A stretch of DNA of 64,000 nucleotides from a virus (Duplodnaviria; Caudoviricetes), in IMG/VR virus record IMGVR_UViG_3300042691_006355, positions 268-64,267 of that record, one strand, 5' to 3'. Below are positions 49,021 through 59,741 of this stretch, piece by piece; position 1 is the first letter of the stretch; every line of letters starts with the position of its first letter. Both the position numbers and the translations under genes were made by a program. Below the pieces are notes generated by a model, which saw only the letters and a list, made by a program, of their open reading frames with translations, had not been told where the DNA came from and made no database searches.

Positions 49021-50435
49021 CTGACGGAAACGGATACATATTTGGGCCTAACGGACTACAGATAAACGGATCTGACGGAAAACCTAAAGTTATTTCTGGA
49101 GGAGGAACCTCAAGTATACCATTTGGGACTGCGTCTGGAACAGATACATATTCGGTATCTATAACTGGATTTTCTTCGTATAACGATGGCGATGCTTATT
49201 TGGTTAGGTTTACTAATGGAAACACAACTGGATCAACGTTAGATGTAAATGGTTTAGGTCCAGTGCCACTATACAGAAATAATGACGGTGAACTAATAGG
49301 TGGAGACATTGAGGACGGAGCAGAGATGCTTTGTGTTTACAACTCTTCATCTAACATATTTCAAGTAATAGGAACATCTCCTAATACGTTACTATCTTAT
49401 GTAACAAACGATGACTCTGTAACAATAACAAAGGGTCAGCCAGTATACGCATCTGGAGGTCAGGGAGACAGATTAAAGGTTAAGTTGGCTTACAACACTA
49501 GCGATGCGACTTCTGCTCAGACGGTTGGTCTTGTGTTGTCATCATCCATAGGTGTGAATCAAAAAGGTTTTATAATACTTAATGGTCAGCTTGATGGTCT
49601 TAGTATACTTCCAACATCTACATGGTCTGACGGGGATCCAGTGTATCTAGATGCAACGGCAGGTAGCATAACAAACATAAAGCCTCACGCACCAAACCAT
49701 CTTGTTTATCTTGGATTTGTTACTACAGCTAGTAGTGGAAGTGCAGGTAGAATGTACGTTAGGGTTCAAAACGGATACGAGTTTGATGAGTTACATGACG
49801 TACAGATATTGTCACCATTAAACGGTGACTTAATTCAGTACGATCAGTCTACAGACCTATGGAAGAACAAATCGTTATCGGGTGCTGGAATACAACCAAC
49901 ATTAGTATCAGGTACATCCATTAAGACAGTTAATGGCAACTCATTGCTAGGTAGTGGCAATGTTAATATAGGTGCAAATTTATTAGGATATTCTGGGACT
50001 ACTGGTAGTAGCAGTCAAGGATCAACTGTAGTTATTTCTAAATCACTATTAATACCTGCTAATACATTTACTACTGACTGTATAATGGAATTAAGATGGA
50101 GATTGGTTAGGATATCTGGTAACACTGGGCAAATGTACAGTAGATTATATATTAATACATCAAATAGTTTAACAGGTGCTAGTTTACTCAGTGGTATAAT
50201 AACATTAAGTGGAGGAAGCACTCAGTATTCAGTTCTTGCAGATAAGAGTATTAGTTGCTCTAATAGCACATTAAGATGGATTAACACATCGAGTGGTACA
50301 GAGTCTACTCCATCACCATTTGCTAGTTTGTCAATCAATAGAAGTGTTAATCAATATTTATTATTCACCGTACAAACTACAGGAACTACTGAGATAGCTA
50401 CTATAGATTTATTTAGAGCAATACTATATGCATAA
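49011..50435 (+). CDS. Tail fibre/spike protein
   Basis: Gly/Ser/Thr-rich; ELHDV..., TLVSGTSIKTVNGNSLLGSGN fibre motifs. Confidence 0.75.
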   Translation: MQVTDGNGYIFGPNGLQINGSDGKPKVISGGGTSSIPFGTASGTDTYSVSITGFSSYNDGDAYLVRFTNGNTTGSTLDVNGLGPVPLYRNNDGELIGGDIEDGAEMLCVYNSSSNIFQVIGTSPNTLLSYVTNDDSVTITKGQPVYASGGQGDRLKVKLAYNTSDATSAQTVGLVLSSSIGVNQKGFIILNGQLDGLSILPTSTWSDGDPVYLDATAGSITNIKPHAPNHLVYLGFVTTASSGSAGRMYVRVQNGYEFDELHDVQILSPLNGDLIQYDQSTDLWKNKSLSGAGIQPTLVSGTSIKTVNGNSLLGSGNVNIGANLLGYSGTTGSSSQGSTVVISKSLLIPANTFTTDCIMELRWRLVRISGNTGQMYSRLYINTSNSLTGASLLSGIITLSGGSTQYSVLADKSISCSNSTLRWINTSSGTESTPSPFASLSINRSVNQYLLFTVQTTGTTEIATIDLFRAILYA

Positions 50436-50588
50436 TACATTCATATATAACGAAACAGAATATACAATAACAGGACCGATTGAGGTTGTAAGTGATACTC
50501 AACTTCACGTTGAGACTGATAAGGGTATCATATTGGTAGACGATACGATGGAAATATACTATGAATTAAAATAGTTATCTTTGTGAGT

Positions 50589-51077
50589 ATGAAATACATG
50601 CTCACATTTATTTTGTTTGTTAGTCTATTTTCTTGTTCGATAGAGCGAAGACTGGCAAAGTATTGTCCTATGTGTACACAGAAGGATAGCACCGTATATA
50701 TAACTCAATATAGAGATACTACAATTAAAATTCCAGGAGAAACTGTGTATATAGAAGATACATTGTTTTGTGATTCATTAGGTAATGTGTATGCATCTAG
50801 GCTTGCAGAAAAAGACGGTACTATTATCAAACTACAGTCAAGAGTTAGAGAAAATAAGTACAAGGTGATTGCTCGTATAGATACTGTATATAAGACGGTT
50901 AAAGGAAATACAATTTACAAGACAAAACTTGTAACAAAAACTCAAAAGCCAGAACGTATAAAGTACATTCCTTGGTGGGTTAACTTCTTTGCTGTTTTAG
51001 GTGGAATATTATTTATAATTATACTCATATATGTCATAATAAAAATCATCAAAAAAAGCATTGTACCTGTCTCATGA
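50589..51077 (+). CDS. Putative unimolecular spanin
   Basis: Lipoprotein signal ending LFSC plus C-terminal TM helix; adjacent to holin and endolysin. Confidence 0.65.
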   Translation: MKYMLTFILFVSLFSCSIERRLAKYCPMCTQKDSTVYITQYRDTTIKIPGETVYIEDTLFCDSLGNVYASRLAEKDGTIIKLQSRVRENKYKVIARIDTVYKTVKGNTIYKTKLVTKTQKPERIKYIPWWVNFFAVLGGILFIIILIYVIIKIIKKSIVPVS

Positions 51078-51565
51078 AAAATCAACTAGATATCCTTATC
51101 AATACCATGCACTCTAACTGGGTTAAATTAATGGTCATGTTATTTACATTTTTATCTCCAATATATGGCCTATTAATATTAATAATATTTGTTATTACAT
51201 TAGATACTATTACAGGTATATGGAAAGCTAAGAAAAATAAAATTCCTATAACTAGTGGAGGAGCTAGTGCTATGATATCTAAGGTAGGACTATATAGCAT
51301 AACGTTAGTTATGTTCTATGCTATAGATGCGTTGATATTGAACAGTATTATATTACAGTTTTTTTCGGTTGAATTATTATTCACTAAAGGTCTAGCACTA
51401 ATACTTGTGTCTATTGAGGTGATGAGTATTAACGAGAACTACAGAGCAGTGAAAGGACTTGATTTGTGGCAGGCAATGAAAAATTTATTTGCAAGAGCTA
51501 AAGAAATAAAAAAAAGCGTAGATGAAATTAGACACAACGAAGATATTACAGGTACGCCTATCTGA
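51074..51565 (+). CDS. Holin (phage holin 4-like)
   Basis: LDTITGIWKA, three TM segments, E..SINEN motif. Confidence 0.8.
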   Translation: MKNQLDILINTMHSNWVKLMVMLFTFLSPIYGLLILIIFVITLDTITGIWKAKKNKIPITSGGASAMISKVGLYSITLVMFYAIDALILNSIILQFFSVELLFTKGLALILVSIEVMSINENYRAVKGLDLWQAMKNLFARAKEIKKSVDEIRHNEDITGTPI

Positions 51566-52169
51566 TAGTCAGTACTTCCAAGAGGATAGTAAAAAAACTC
51601 AGATATACCTGCACCATACAGCAGGTGGGGGGGATGCTGCTGCGGTTAGTAGATACTGGAATAGTAATGAGACTAGAATAGCTACTGCATTTGTGGTAGG
51701 AGAGAGAGGTACCATAGTACAGTGCTTTAGTTCTAGACACTGGGCATGGCATCTAGGAATAGATAGCGAAGATTTCATTAAGGTAGGAACTAAGTATAAA
51801 AACTTGAATAAACTATCAGTAGGAATTGAAGTTTGTAACTGGGGGCCATTAAAACTAGTTAACGGAAAGTATTATAACTATGTAAAGAAATCTGTAGATC
51901 CGTCTATGGTTACCACATTAGATCAGCCATACAAGGGTCATATTTATTGGTATAAGTATACAGATGCACAGATTGAAAGCACTCGACAGTTAGTTGAGTA
52001 TCTTTGCGAAACATACGACATTCCTAAGACATACAGAAATGAAATATTCGGAATAGATGTAGAAGCATTTAAAGGAACTCCAGGAATATATACACACAAC
52101 TCAGTTCGTAAAGATAAGGCAGACATATATCCTTGTCCACGAATGATTGAAATGTTAAAAAACTTATGA
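51522..52169 (+). CDS. Endolysin, N-acetylmuramoyl-L-alanine amidase (Amidase_2)
   Basis: IYLHHTAG, WAWHLG, SVGIEVCN, YTDAQ, TH...KAD..P. Confidence 0.9.
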   Translation: MKLDTTKILQVRLSDSQYFQEDSKKTQIYLHHTAGGGDAAAVSRYWNSNETRIATAFVVGERGTIVQCFSSRHWAWHLGIDSEDFIKVGTKYKNLNKLSVGIEVCNWGPLKLVNGKYYNYVKKSVDPSMVTTLDQPYKGHIYWYKYTDAQIESTRQLVEYLCETYDIPKTYRNEIFGIDVEAFKGTPGIYTHNSVRKDKADIYPCPRMIEMLKNL

Positions 52170-53363
52170 AATTCAAGAGTCATTGGTTCAAAGAGATATG
52201 GGGACACGTAAGTTTAAGGATTATACTTGGTCCCGTAAGATTCTTTGCTATTGACGTTGACGTATTTAGAAATTTTTATTCAATTACTTTTATTAACTTT
52301 ACACTTAGAAACAGATGAGCAAGAAAACATTAGAAGTAAAGGCATTCGAGAAGAAGCACGTTGAGAGACCTGGTGTTCATGCCAAGACTAAGACATCTTT
52401 TTTAAAAACATCAAAGAACTACAAGAAAAAATATAAAGGACAAGGACGATGAAAGCAGGAAACTATCAAACTCAATCACCAAGTGTAAACGATTTATTGT
52501 TTGGGACTAAAAATTCAAATGGAACTACTGTAAACTTTAAAGTGCAGGATGTGTTAAATCTTACACAGGCTCCTTCTGTTGTTTCTACAAACACACTGAT
52601 TGCAACTACAATTTCAAACATAAACACATACTTTACTGGAACAGCTGGTGCTAACTTTGATATCACTATGCCAACCGCTAGTTCTAACATTGACGGTCTT
52701 AAGTATGTTATTATGTCAACTACCAATAGACCTCTAACAACTTGGATTACACCTGGAGCTACAGCAATTGTAGGTGCCCCAACATCATTAGTTGCACATA
52801 CTCCAGTTTGTTTTCAGTATAACAATGCTAATACAACTTGGTATATCTCTATGTAATTTGTCATAGAAATTTACTATATTTGTGACATAATTTTAAATCT
52901 AATAAAATGGCAAAAGAAAACAAAATTACTCAAGAAGAGTTAGACAAGCTAAGATCTTTAAATCAAACTTACAGAGATCTTAAATTCCAAATCGCTGACA
53001 TCGAGGTATCATTCGAACGAATGAAAAGCCAAAAGATGGCATCATTAGCTAATCTAGAAACATCTGCTTTTGATTTATCTCAGTTTCAAGATGAGTTAGT
53101 GTCCAAGTACGGAGACATTAAAATCAATCTTCAAACAGGTGAATATAATTAGAAAAATATCGATAGGCCCAGACTACATGAAATCTATGCACTATGTAGT
53201 TGGACAAGATGTTCTAAGAGGAAACGGTTCCATTGACACAATTTTGATGGAAGCAGACTCATCAATATCTATATATATCGTAAATCGCGATAAAGAGATA
53301 GTAAAGTGGAAAAGTTTCTCTTATTCAATGCCAATATCTATTGAGTATAACATAGATTTCTGA
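52166..53363 (+). CDS. Small hypothetical proteins (52166-52318, 52315-52452 basic, 52449-52856, 52907-53152 coiled-coil, 53139-53363)
   Basis: Coupled ATGA overlaps; KKYKGQGR C-terminus in 52315-52452. Confidence 0.6.
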
Positions 53364-53923
53364 TGAAGTCTCCATATCACTTTATAATTAAACCTTATAA
53401 TGATAGGCGTTACGACAATATACGTAAGTATGGTGACGTTGATTTTATTATAAGTTCGTCCCAGGAAGACCACACTGTATCAAATCGAATCGGTGTGGTT
53501 GTTTCTGTTCCAACGTACTATAATGGACCTATAAAGAGTGGTGACCATGTAGTTGTTCACCATAACGTGTTTAAGTTTTACTATGACATGAAGGGTAACC
53601 AAAAGAGTAGTTGGCATCATTTGTTTGATGATTACTTCATTATAGATTCTGAACAGTTATATCTTTATAAAGATCCAAATGGCGAGTGGTGTTCGCCATA
53701 TCCATACTGCTTTGTTAAACCAATAGATAATCAAGACAAGATTATATCTAGCACTGGATCAAGAGAAGATTTATGGGGAGAGCTAGTATACTTCAATGAA
53801 ATGCTAGAAGATGTTAATAAAGGAGATATCGTGGCATTTTCTCCAGATAGTGAGTATGAGTTTAGAATAGATGGAGAGATACTATACAGAATGTACAACA
53901 AGAACATATGTCTAAAAAAATAG
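53363..53923 (+). CDS. GroES-like fold protein (two repeats)
   Basis: GVVVSVP...IKSGDHVVV and VNKGDIVAF...EFRIDGE GroES-like motifs. Confidence 0.55.
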   Translation: MKSPYHFIIKPYNDRRYDNIRKYGDVDFIISSSQEDHTVSNRIGVVVSVPTYYNGPIKSGDHVVVHHNVFKFYYDMKGNQKSSWHHLFDDYFIIDSEQLYLYKDPNGEWCSPYPYCFVKPIDNQDKIISSTGSREDLWGELVYFNEMLEDVNKGDIVAFSPDSEYEFRIDGEILYRMYNKNICLKK

Positions 53924-54189
53924 AACTTATTAATGCAGCAAAGATTGCTGTTGATGAACTTATAAAGGTACTAAAAGAACCTATTATAACCCATGCAGAG
54001 GACGATATATCTGCCGATAAGTTAAAGAATGCTGCATCTGCAAAGAGGCTAGCGTTTGAGGATGCGTTGTACATGTTAGGAAAGATTGACGAAGAAGAAA
54101 ACAGAGATAATCAGCCTGCTGTTGCTCAAGTAGACTTTGGTAAGTCTGGATTTGCGGAAGTAAGGGCAAAAGCTAAGAATGGAAAATAA
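53908..54189 (+). CDS. Putative terminase small subunit
   Basis: Helical 93 aa immediately upstream of TerL; LKNAASAKRLA. Confidence 0.55.
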   Translation: MSKKIELINAAKIAVDELIKVLKEPIITHAEDDISADKLKNAASAKRLAFEDALYMLGKIDEEENRDNQPAVAQVDFGKSGFAEVRAKAKNGK

Positions 54190-56398
54190 TCTATATACAG
54201 TTCTTGAAGACTGCGTTAGCAAGTCAATAATCTCTAACAAGAATAAGAGAAAGAACTGGGAGTATGGATATAATAAGGAGTATGACATTGTCGTTATATC
54301 GAAAGATGGTACGATAGGTGACATATACAACATAAGCGGACTAAAGGTAGCCCTACCATCCGTTCCAGAAAAAGTTGAAAACAGGGGAAATAGATGGCAA
54401 TCTAAAGAGTATCCAAAAGAGCTTCAAAAAATAAAAAGCATATTCGACTGGAACAGAAGAGACAACGCATTTAAGATACAATACGTTGACTATATTGAGC
54501 AGGAGTTTGATAGAAGGGATAATGGGTTTTGGTTTATAAATAATGGTAAGCCAACATACATCACTGGCACTCACTACATGTACTTGCAGTGGACCAAGAT
54601 AGACATTGGTCTACCAGACTTTAGAGAATCAAACAGAATATTTTATATCTACTGGGAGGCATGCAAGGCTGACACCAGATCGTTTGGTATGTGTTACCTA
54701 AAGAACAGACGTTCTGGATTCTCGTTCATGAGTTCTGCCGAGACATGTAACACAGGCACTATAGTTAGAGACTCTCGTATAGGTATACTATCAAAAACTG
54801 GTAGCGATGCCAAGAAGATGTTTACCGACAAGGTTGTTCCTATAATTAGAAACTATCCTTTCTTCTTCAAGCCAATACAGGACGGTATGGACAATCCAAA
54901 GACCGAGTTGGCGTTCCGAGTTCCAGCTAGTAAGATTACTAGAAAGAACATGGACGAGGAGAAGACTGAGGATATTGAGGGTCTTGACACGACAATTGAC
55001 TGGAAGAACACAGCAGACAACAGCTACGATGGTGAGAAGTTGCTTCTGCTTGTTCACGATGAAAGTGGTAAGTGGGAGAAGCCAGAGAACATATTAAACA
55101 ACTGGAGGGTAACCAAGACTTGTTTGAGATTAGGTGCAAGAGTTATTGGTAAGTGTATGATGGGTTCTACGTCTAACGCACTGCCAAAGGGTGGTGAGAA
55201 CTTTAAGAAGCTGTACAACGATAGCAACGTATCTCAACGATCCGCTAACCATGAGACAAAGAGTGGACTTTATTCTTTGTTCATACCTATGGAGTGGAAC
55301 GTTGAGGGGTACATAGATGAGTTTGGATGGCCAGTTTTTGACAATCCAGAAAAACCAGTAACTGGTATAGATGGGAACAAGATTGAGATGGGAGTTGTTA
55401 CATGGTGGAACAACGAGGTTAGCGCACTGAAGTCAGACTCTGATGCACTTAATGAGTTCTACAGACAGTTTCCTAGGACAGAGTCTCACGCATTTAGAGA
55501 CGAGTCTAAGCAGTCTGTGTTCAACCTAACAAAGATATACCAGCAGATCGACTATAACGACTCTCTAATTAAAGAGAAGTTCTTAACTAGGGGTTACTTC
55601 CATTGGAAGAACGGTGAGAAGGATACAGAGGTTGTATGGACACCAGATAAAAATGGTAGGTTCTTGGTGTCTTGGATACCAAAGCCAAATTTAAGGAATA
55701 ATGTTGTAACAAGAAATGGGAAAAAATATCCAGGTAATGAGCACATGGGAGCGTTTGGTTGTGACCCTTATGACATATCGGGAGTTGTTGGAGGAGGTGG
55801 CTCTAACGGTGCTCTCCATGGTATGACAACGTTCCATATGTCTGACGGTCCAACAAATGAATTCTTTCTAGAGTACATAGCTAGACCTCAGACTGCTGAG
55901 ATATTTTTTGAGGATGTGTTAATGGCTTGTCATTTTTATGGGATGCCTATACTAGCAGAGAACAACAAGGCTAGATTGTTGTATCACTTTAAGAATAGAG
56001 GATACAGGGGGTTCTCTATGAATAGACCCGACAGAAATTTAAATAAAATGTCAAAGACGGAGCTAGAGATTGGTGGAATACCTAACTCAAGCGAAGACGT
56101 AAGACAGGCACACGCATCTTGTATAGAGTCTTATATAGAGGAATACGTTGGATTTGACATTGAAGGAACATACAGAGATCCAGATACTATTGGTTCGATG
56201 TATTTTAACAAAACTTTAGAAGATTGGGCTAGATTTGATCCTAACAATCGTACAAAATACGATGCTTCAATTAGTTCTGGTTTGGCTATTATGGCAAACA
56301 GAAAGCATATGTTTACTCCAGAGAGAAAAGAATCAAAAATTAGTATTAAATTTGTAAGATATAACAATCAAGGCAGTCAAAGCAAAATTATAGAATAG
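54179..56398 (+). CDS. terL: Terminase large subunit
   Basis: KNRRSGFS Walker A, VHDESGK Walker B, GCDPYD nuclease, LAENN. Confidence 0.92.
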   Translation: MENNLYTVLEDCVSKSIISNKNKRKNWEYGYNKEYDIVVISKDGTIGDIYNISGLKVALPSVPEKVENRGNRWQSKEYPKELQKIKSIFDWNRRDNAFKIQYVDYIEQEFDRRDNGFWFINNGKPTYITGTHYMYLQWTKIDIGLPDFRESNRIFYIYWEACKADTRSFGMCYLKNRRSGFSFMSSAETCNTGTIVRDSRIGILSKTGSDAKKMFTDKVVPIIRNYPFFFKPIQDGMDNPKTELAFRVPASKITRKNMDEEKTEDIEGLDTTIDWKNTADNSYDGEKLLLLVHDESGKWEKPENILNNWRVTKTCLRLGARVIGKCMMGSTSNALPKGGENFKKLYNDSNVSQRSANHETKSGLYSLFIPMEWNVEGYIDEFGWPVFDNPEKPVTGIDGNKIEMGVVTWWNNEVSALKSDSDALNEFYRQFPRTESHAFRDESKQSVFNLTKIYQQIDYNDSLIKEKFLTRGYFHWKNGEKDTEVVWTPDKNGRFLVSWIPKPNLRNNVVTRNGKKYPGNEHMGAFGCDPYDISGVVGGGGSNGALHGMTTFHMSDGPTNEFFLEYIARPQTAEIFFEDVLMACHFYGMPILAENNKARLLYHFKNRGYRGFSMNRPDRNLNKMSKTELEIGGIPNSSEDVRQAHASCIESYIEEYVGFDIEGTYRDPDTIGSMYFNKTLEDWARFDPNNRTKYDASISSGLAIMANRKHMFTPERKESKISIKFVRYNNQGSQSKIIE

Positions 56399-56399
56399 A

Positions 56400-58829
56400 A
56401 TGGAGAAACCATCTGTTATCATATACCAAAACCCGTTCCCAAGCCAAATGGTTTCGGAAGAAGAGAAGCAAACCGCTGAATATGGTTTGAAGATCGGTAA
56501 AGCCATTGAGGGAGAGTGGTTTAAGAGAAAGAACAATACATGTAGATTCTATGATCAATGGGGTGAGTACCATAGACTTAGACTTTATGCTCGTGGACAA
56601 CAACCAGTCCAAAAATATAAAGATGAATTAGCTATTAATGGTGACATGTCTATGATGAACTTAGACTGGACACCAGTTCCTATTATACCTAAGTTTGTTG
56701 ATGTTGTTGTCAACGGAATGTCTGACAGATTATTCAAGGTTAGAACTGAAGCTCAAGATGTAATGTCTGCCGAGCGTAAGAACATATTCCAGGAGATGAT
56801 CGAGTCTGACATGATAGCTAAGGATTTCTTGACAATGACAAAAGAGCAGTTCGGAGTAGATGCTTTTAACGTTGATCCAGAAGAACTTCCTAGCACTGAT
56901 GAAGAGCTAGAGCTATACATGCAGATCAAGTACAAGCCAAGTATTGAGATAGCTAACGAGGTGGCTATTGATACTGTATTTGAGATGAACAGATACGATG
57001 AACTTAGAAAACTAATGAACTATGATTTAGTTACTATAGGTGTGTCTGTTGTTAAGCATTCATTTTTAGTTAATGATGGACTTAAGGTAGACTATGTTGA
57101 TCCAGCTAACTGGATTCATAGCTATACAGAAAAGAATGACTTCTCTGATTGTTACTACTTTGGTGAGGTTAAGCAGATGCACTATACTGAGGTTCTTAAA
57201 ATTGATCCAACGTTAACTGAGGAGCAACTAAACGAGATCAGAAATAGTAGTGCTGCTTGGTATACGTATTTTCCTATTATTAGAAACTATCAAGATGATT
57301 ACTTTACAAATGAGATTGTAACTCTTATATACTTTAACTACAAGGCAAGCAAGAAATTTGTATGGAAAAAGAAATTACTTGAGAATGGTGGAGAGAGAGT
57401 TATTAGAAAGGGTGACGAGTTTAATCCACCAATGGAGGATGGAATGCCATTTGAAAGAGTTGAGGCAGTTAGAGATGTTTGGTATGAAGGTGTTCTTGTA
57501 GCTGGTACAAACATTATCCTTAAGTGGGAGATGATGCGTAATATGGTTCGTCCAAAGTCAGCATCTCAGAGAGCATATCCGAACTATGTTGCATTTGCTC
57601 CAAGAATGTACAAGGGAGCAATGGAGTCATTGGTAAGAAGAATGATACCTTTTGCTGATCAGATTCAGTTAACACATTTAAAGTTACAACAGGTAACTGC
57701 AAGAGTAGTTCCAGATGGTGTATTCATTGATGCTGATGGTATTAATGAGGTTGATCTTGGTACTGGTGCTGCTTATAACCCAGAGGATGCATTAAAGCTT
57801 TACTTCCAAACAGGTAGTGTTATTGGTAGAAGCTATACTCAAGACGGTGAGTTTAACAATGCTAGAATTCCAATTCAAGAACTAAGCACAAATAGTGGTC
57901 AAGCTAAGATGTCATCTTTGATTAACAACTACAATCACTATCTAAATATGATTAGAGATGTGACTGGAGTTAATGAGGCAAGAGATGGAAGTATGACGCA
58001 TCCAGATGCATTAGTTGGTATTCAAAAGATGGCAGCTATGAATTCAAACACTGCCACTAGACACATCTTAGAAGGAAATTTAAACATTACAAAAAGATTA
58101 GCTGAGTGCGTATCTATTAGAGTTGCAGACATACTTGAATACTCTGACTTTGCTGAAGAGTTTGCTATGCAAATTGGTAAGTATAACATGACTATTCTTG
58201 AAGAGATTAGAGACTTATACTTATTTGACTTCGGAATATTTATTGATCTTGATCCAGATGAGGATGAAAGACAAATGCTTGAGGCAAACATTCAAGTTGC
58301 TCTACAACAACAAACAATTGACCTAGAGGATGCCATTGATATTCGAAATATCAAGAACATTAAGTTGGCCAATGAGTTGCTTAAGATGAAGAGAAAGAAG
58401 AGAATGGAGAAGCAACAGCAGGACAAGCAGATGGAATTCCAAATGCAGATGCAGACTAACATGCAGTCTCAGCAAGCTGCTGCTGAATCCAAGGCTCAAC
58501 TTTTACAGATGGAAGCTCAAACAAAAATTCAAATCAAAGAGGCTGAGGCTAACTACGAGATAATGAAAATGCAGGCTGAAGTTGAAATGAAGAGACAGCT
58601 TATGGATCTTGAGTTCCAGTACAACATGCAGCTTAAGGGCATGGAGGCAGATCAGTTAAAGAAAAGAGATGAGGATAAAGAAAAAGCAAAAGACAAAAGA
58701 GTCGACATACAGGCATCTAGACAGTCAGAGCTTATAAACCAAAGAAAGAATAATCTTCCTCCAATTGATTTTGAAAGTACAGAAGATTCTCTTGATGGAT
58801 TTGATTTAGAATCTTTTGAACCTAGATAA
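56400..58829 (+). CDS. Portal protein
   Basis: 809 aa after TerL; PIIPKFVDVVVNG, IRDVTGVNEARDG, C-terminal coiled coil. Confidence 0.88.
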   Translation: MEKPSVIIYQNPFPSQMVSEEEKQTAEYGLKIGKAIEGEWFKRKNNTCRFYDQWGEYHRLRLYARGQQPVQKYKDELAINGDMSMMNLDWTPVPIIPKFVDVVVNGMSDRLFKVRTEAQDVMSAERKNIFQEMIESDMIAKDFLTMTKEQFGVDAFNVDPEELPSTDEELELYMQIKYKPSIEIANEVAIDTVFEMNRYDELRKLMNYDLVTIGVSVVKHSFLVNDGLKVDYVDPANWIHSYTEKNDFSDCYYFGEVKQMHYTEVLKIDPTLTEEQLNEIRNSSAAWYTYFPIIRNYQDDYFTNEIVTLIYFNYKASKKFVWKKKLLENGGERVIRKGDEFNPPMEDGMPFERVEAVRDVWYEGVLVAGTNIILKWEMMRNMVRPKSASQRAYPNYVAFAPRMYKGAMESLVRRMIPFADQIQLTHLKLQQVTARVVPDGVFIDADGINEVDLGTGAAYNPEDALKLYFQTGSVIGRSYTQDGEFNNARIPIQELSTNSGQAKMSSLINNYNHYLNMIRDVTGVNEARDGSMTHPDALVGIQKMAAMNSNTATRHILEGNLNITKRLAECVSIRVADILEYSDFAEEFAMQIGKYNMTILEEIRDLYLFDFGIFIDLDPDEDERQMLEANIQVALQQQTIDLEDAIDIRNIKNIKLANELLKMKRKKRMEKQQQDKQMEFQMQMQTNMQSQQAAAESKAQLLQMEAQTKIQIKEAEANYEIMKMQAEVEMKRQLMDLEFQYNMQLKGMEADQLKKRDEDKEKAKDKRVDIQASRQSELINQRKNNLPPIDFESTEDSLDGFDLESFEPR

Positions 58830-58831
58830 TA

Positions 58832-59700
58832 ATGAAAAGAACAACAAAAACAACAACTAGATCTAAGGTAAATATCGAACCATATGTATCTGGTAATGCA
58901 GATAAAAATAGATTTGATGTTAATTACGGAGTAACTCTATCTAAAGGTCCAGTTAATTTTAATATTGACCAAAGTGTTGGAACTGGATATAAACCAGAAA
59001 CTACGTTTACACTAGGCGTAAACATTCCAATTACTAAAAGAATAAAAAATAGAGGAAGTAATTAATTATGGCATACATAGAGCATAATTTTTTCCCATTA
59101 AAAGTATTCGTAAGGAACGAGTACATGTATCAGTTCACTAAGGGTCATGGTGAGTTTACTCCTGGAGTAATAATGTCTGTAAGATGTATGCCTGGTCAGG
59201 CTGCATTGTTTCAAGTTCTTCTTGAGAATGGTGTAATGAGAGACAAGCTACCATCTCACGCATTATTAACTGAGCCTAAAACACCATATCCAGATCTCCC
59301 GTTTCATTATCTTCAGATATGGAATTGTTTCTCTTATAACTTTACACTTCTACATTTATCTTATGTTTATGACACTAAGGTTGATGTATACATGAAAGAT
59401 CGTAAGTGGTATAGCGGAAGTTACTATGCAACAATAAACTGGGGATCAAATGACTTGAACACAGATCTATCATTAGCTGAAGATCCATTAGAGCATAAGT
59501 CTCATCATATTATACTACTAGACAATGGGCAAATAGCGTTGCAGCCTAACAACAGAATAAAATGGTCTGAGCCTTCTTTTGTTACAAAAACATTCCCAGA
59601 AAAGCCAGACTATTTAGTCAATAGTGAGTACTTTAACTGTGAAGGATATGAGAAGTGGCACACCGAGGATTCACAGGCAATGTTCTACGAAAACGAATAA
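58832..59700 (+). CDS. Two hypothetical proteins (58832-59065, 59068-59700)
   Basis: ORF track; second has HKSHH...LDNGQIALQPNNRI motif. Confidence 0.65.
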
Positions 59701-59741
59701 TAAATTATTTATTAACTTTGTAAAAATTAAATTAAATAACA

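Noticed and set aside
49011-50435. Diversity-generating retroelement target in tail fibre
   Set aside because: No reverse transcriptase and no template/variable repeat pair seen
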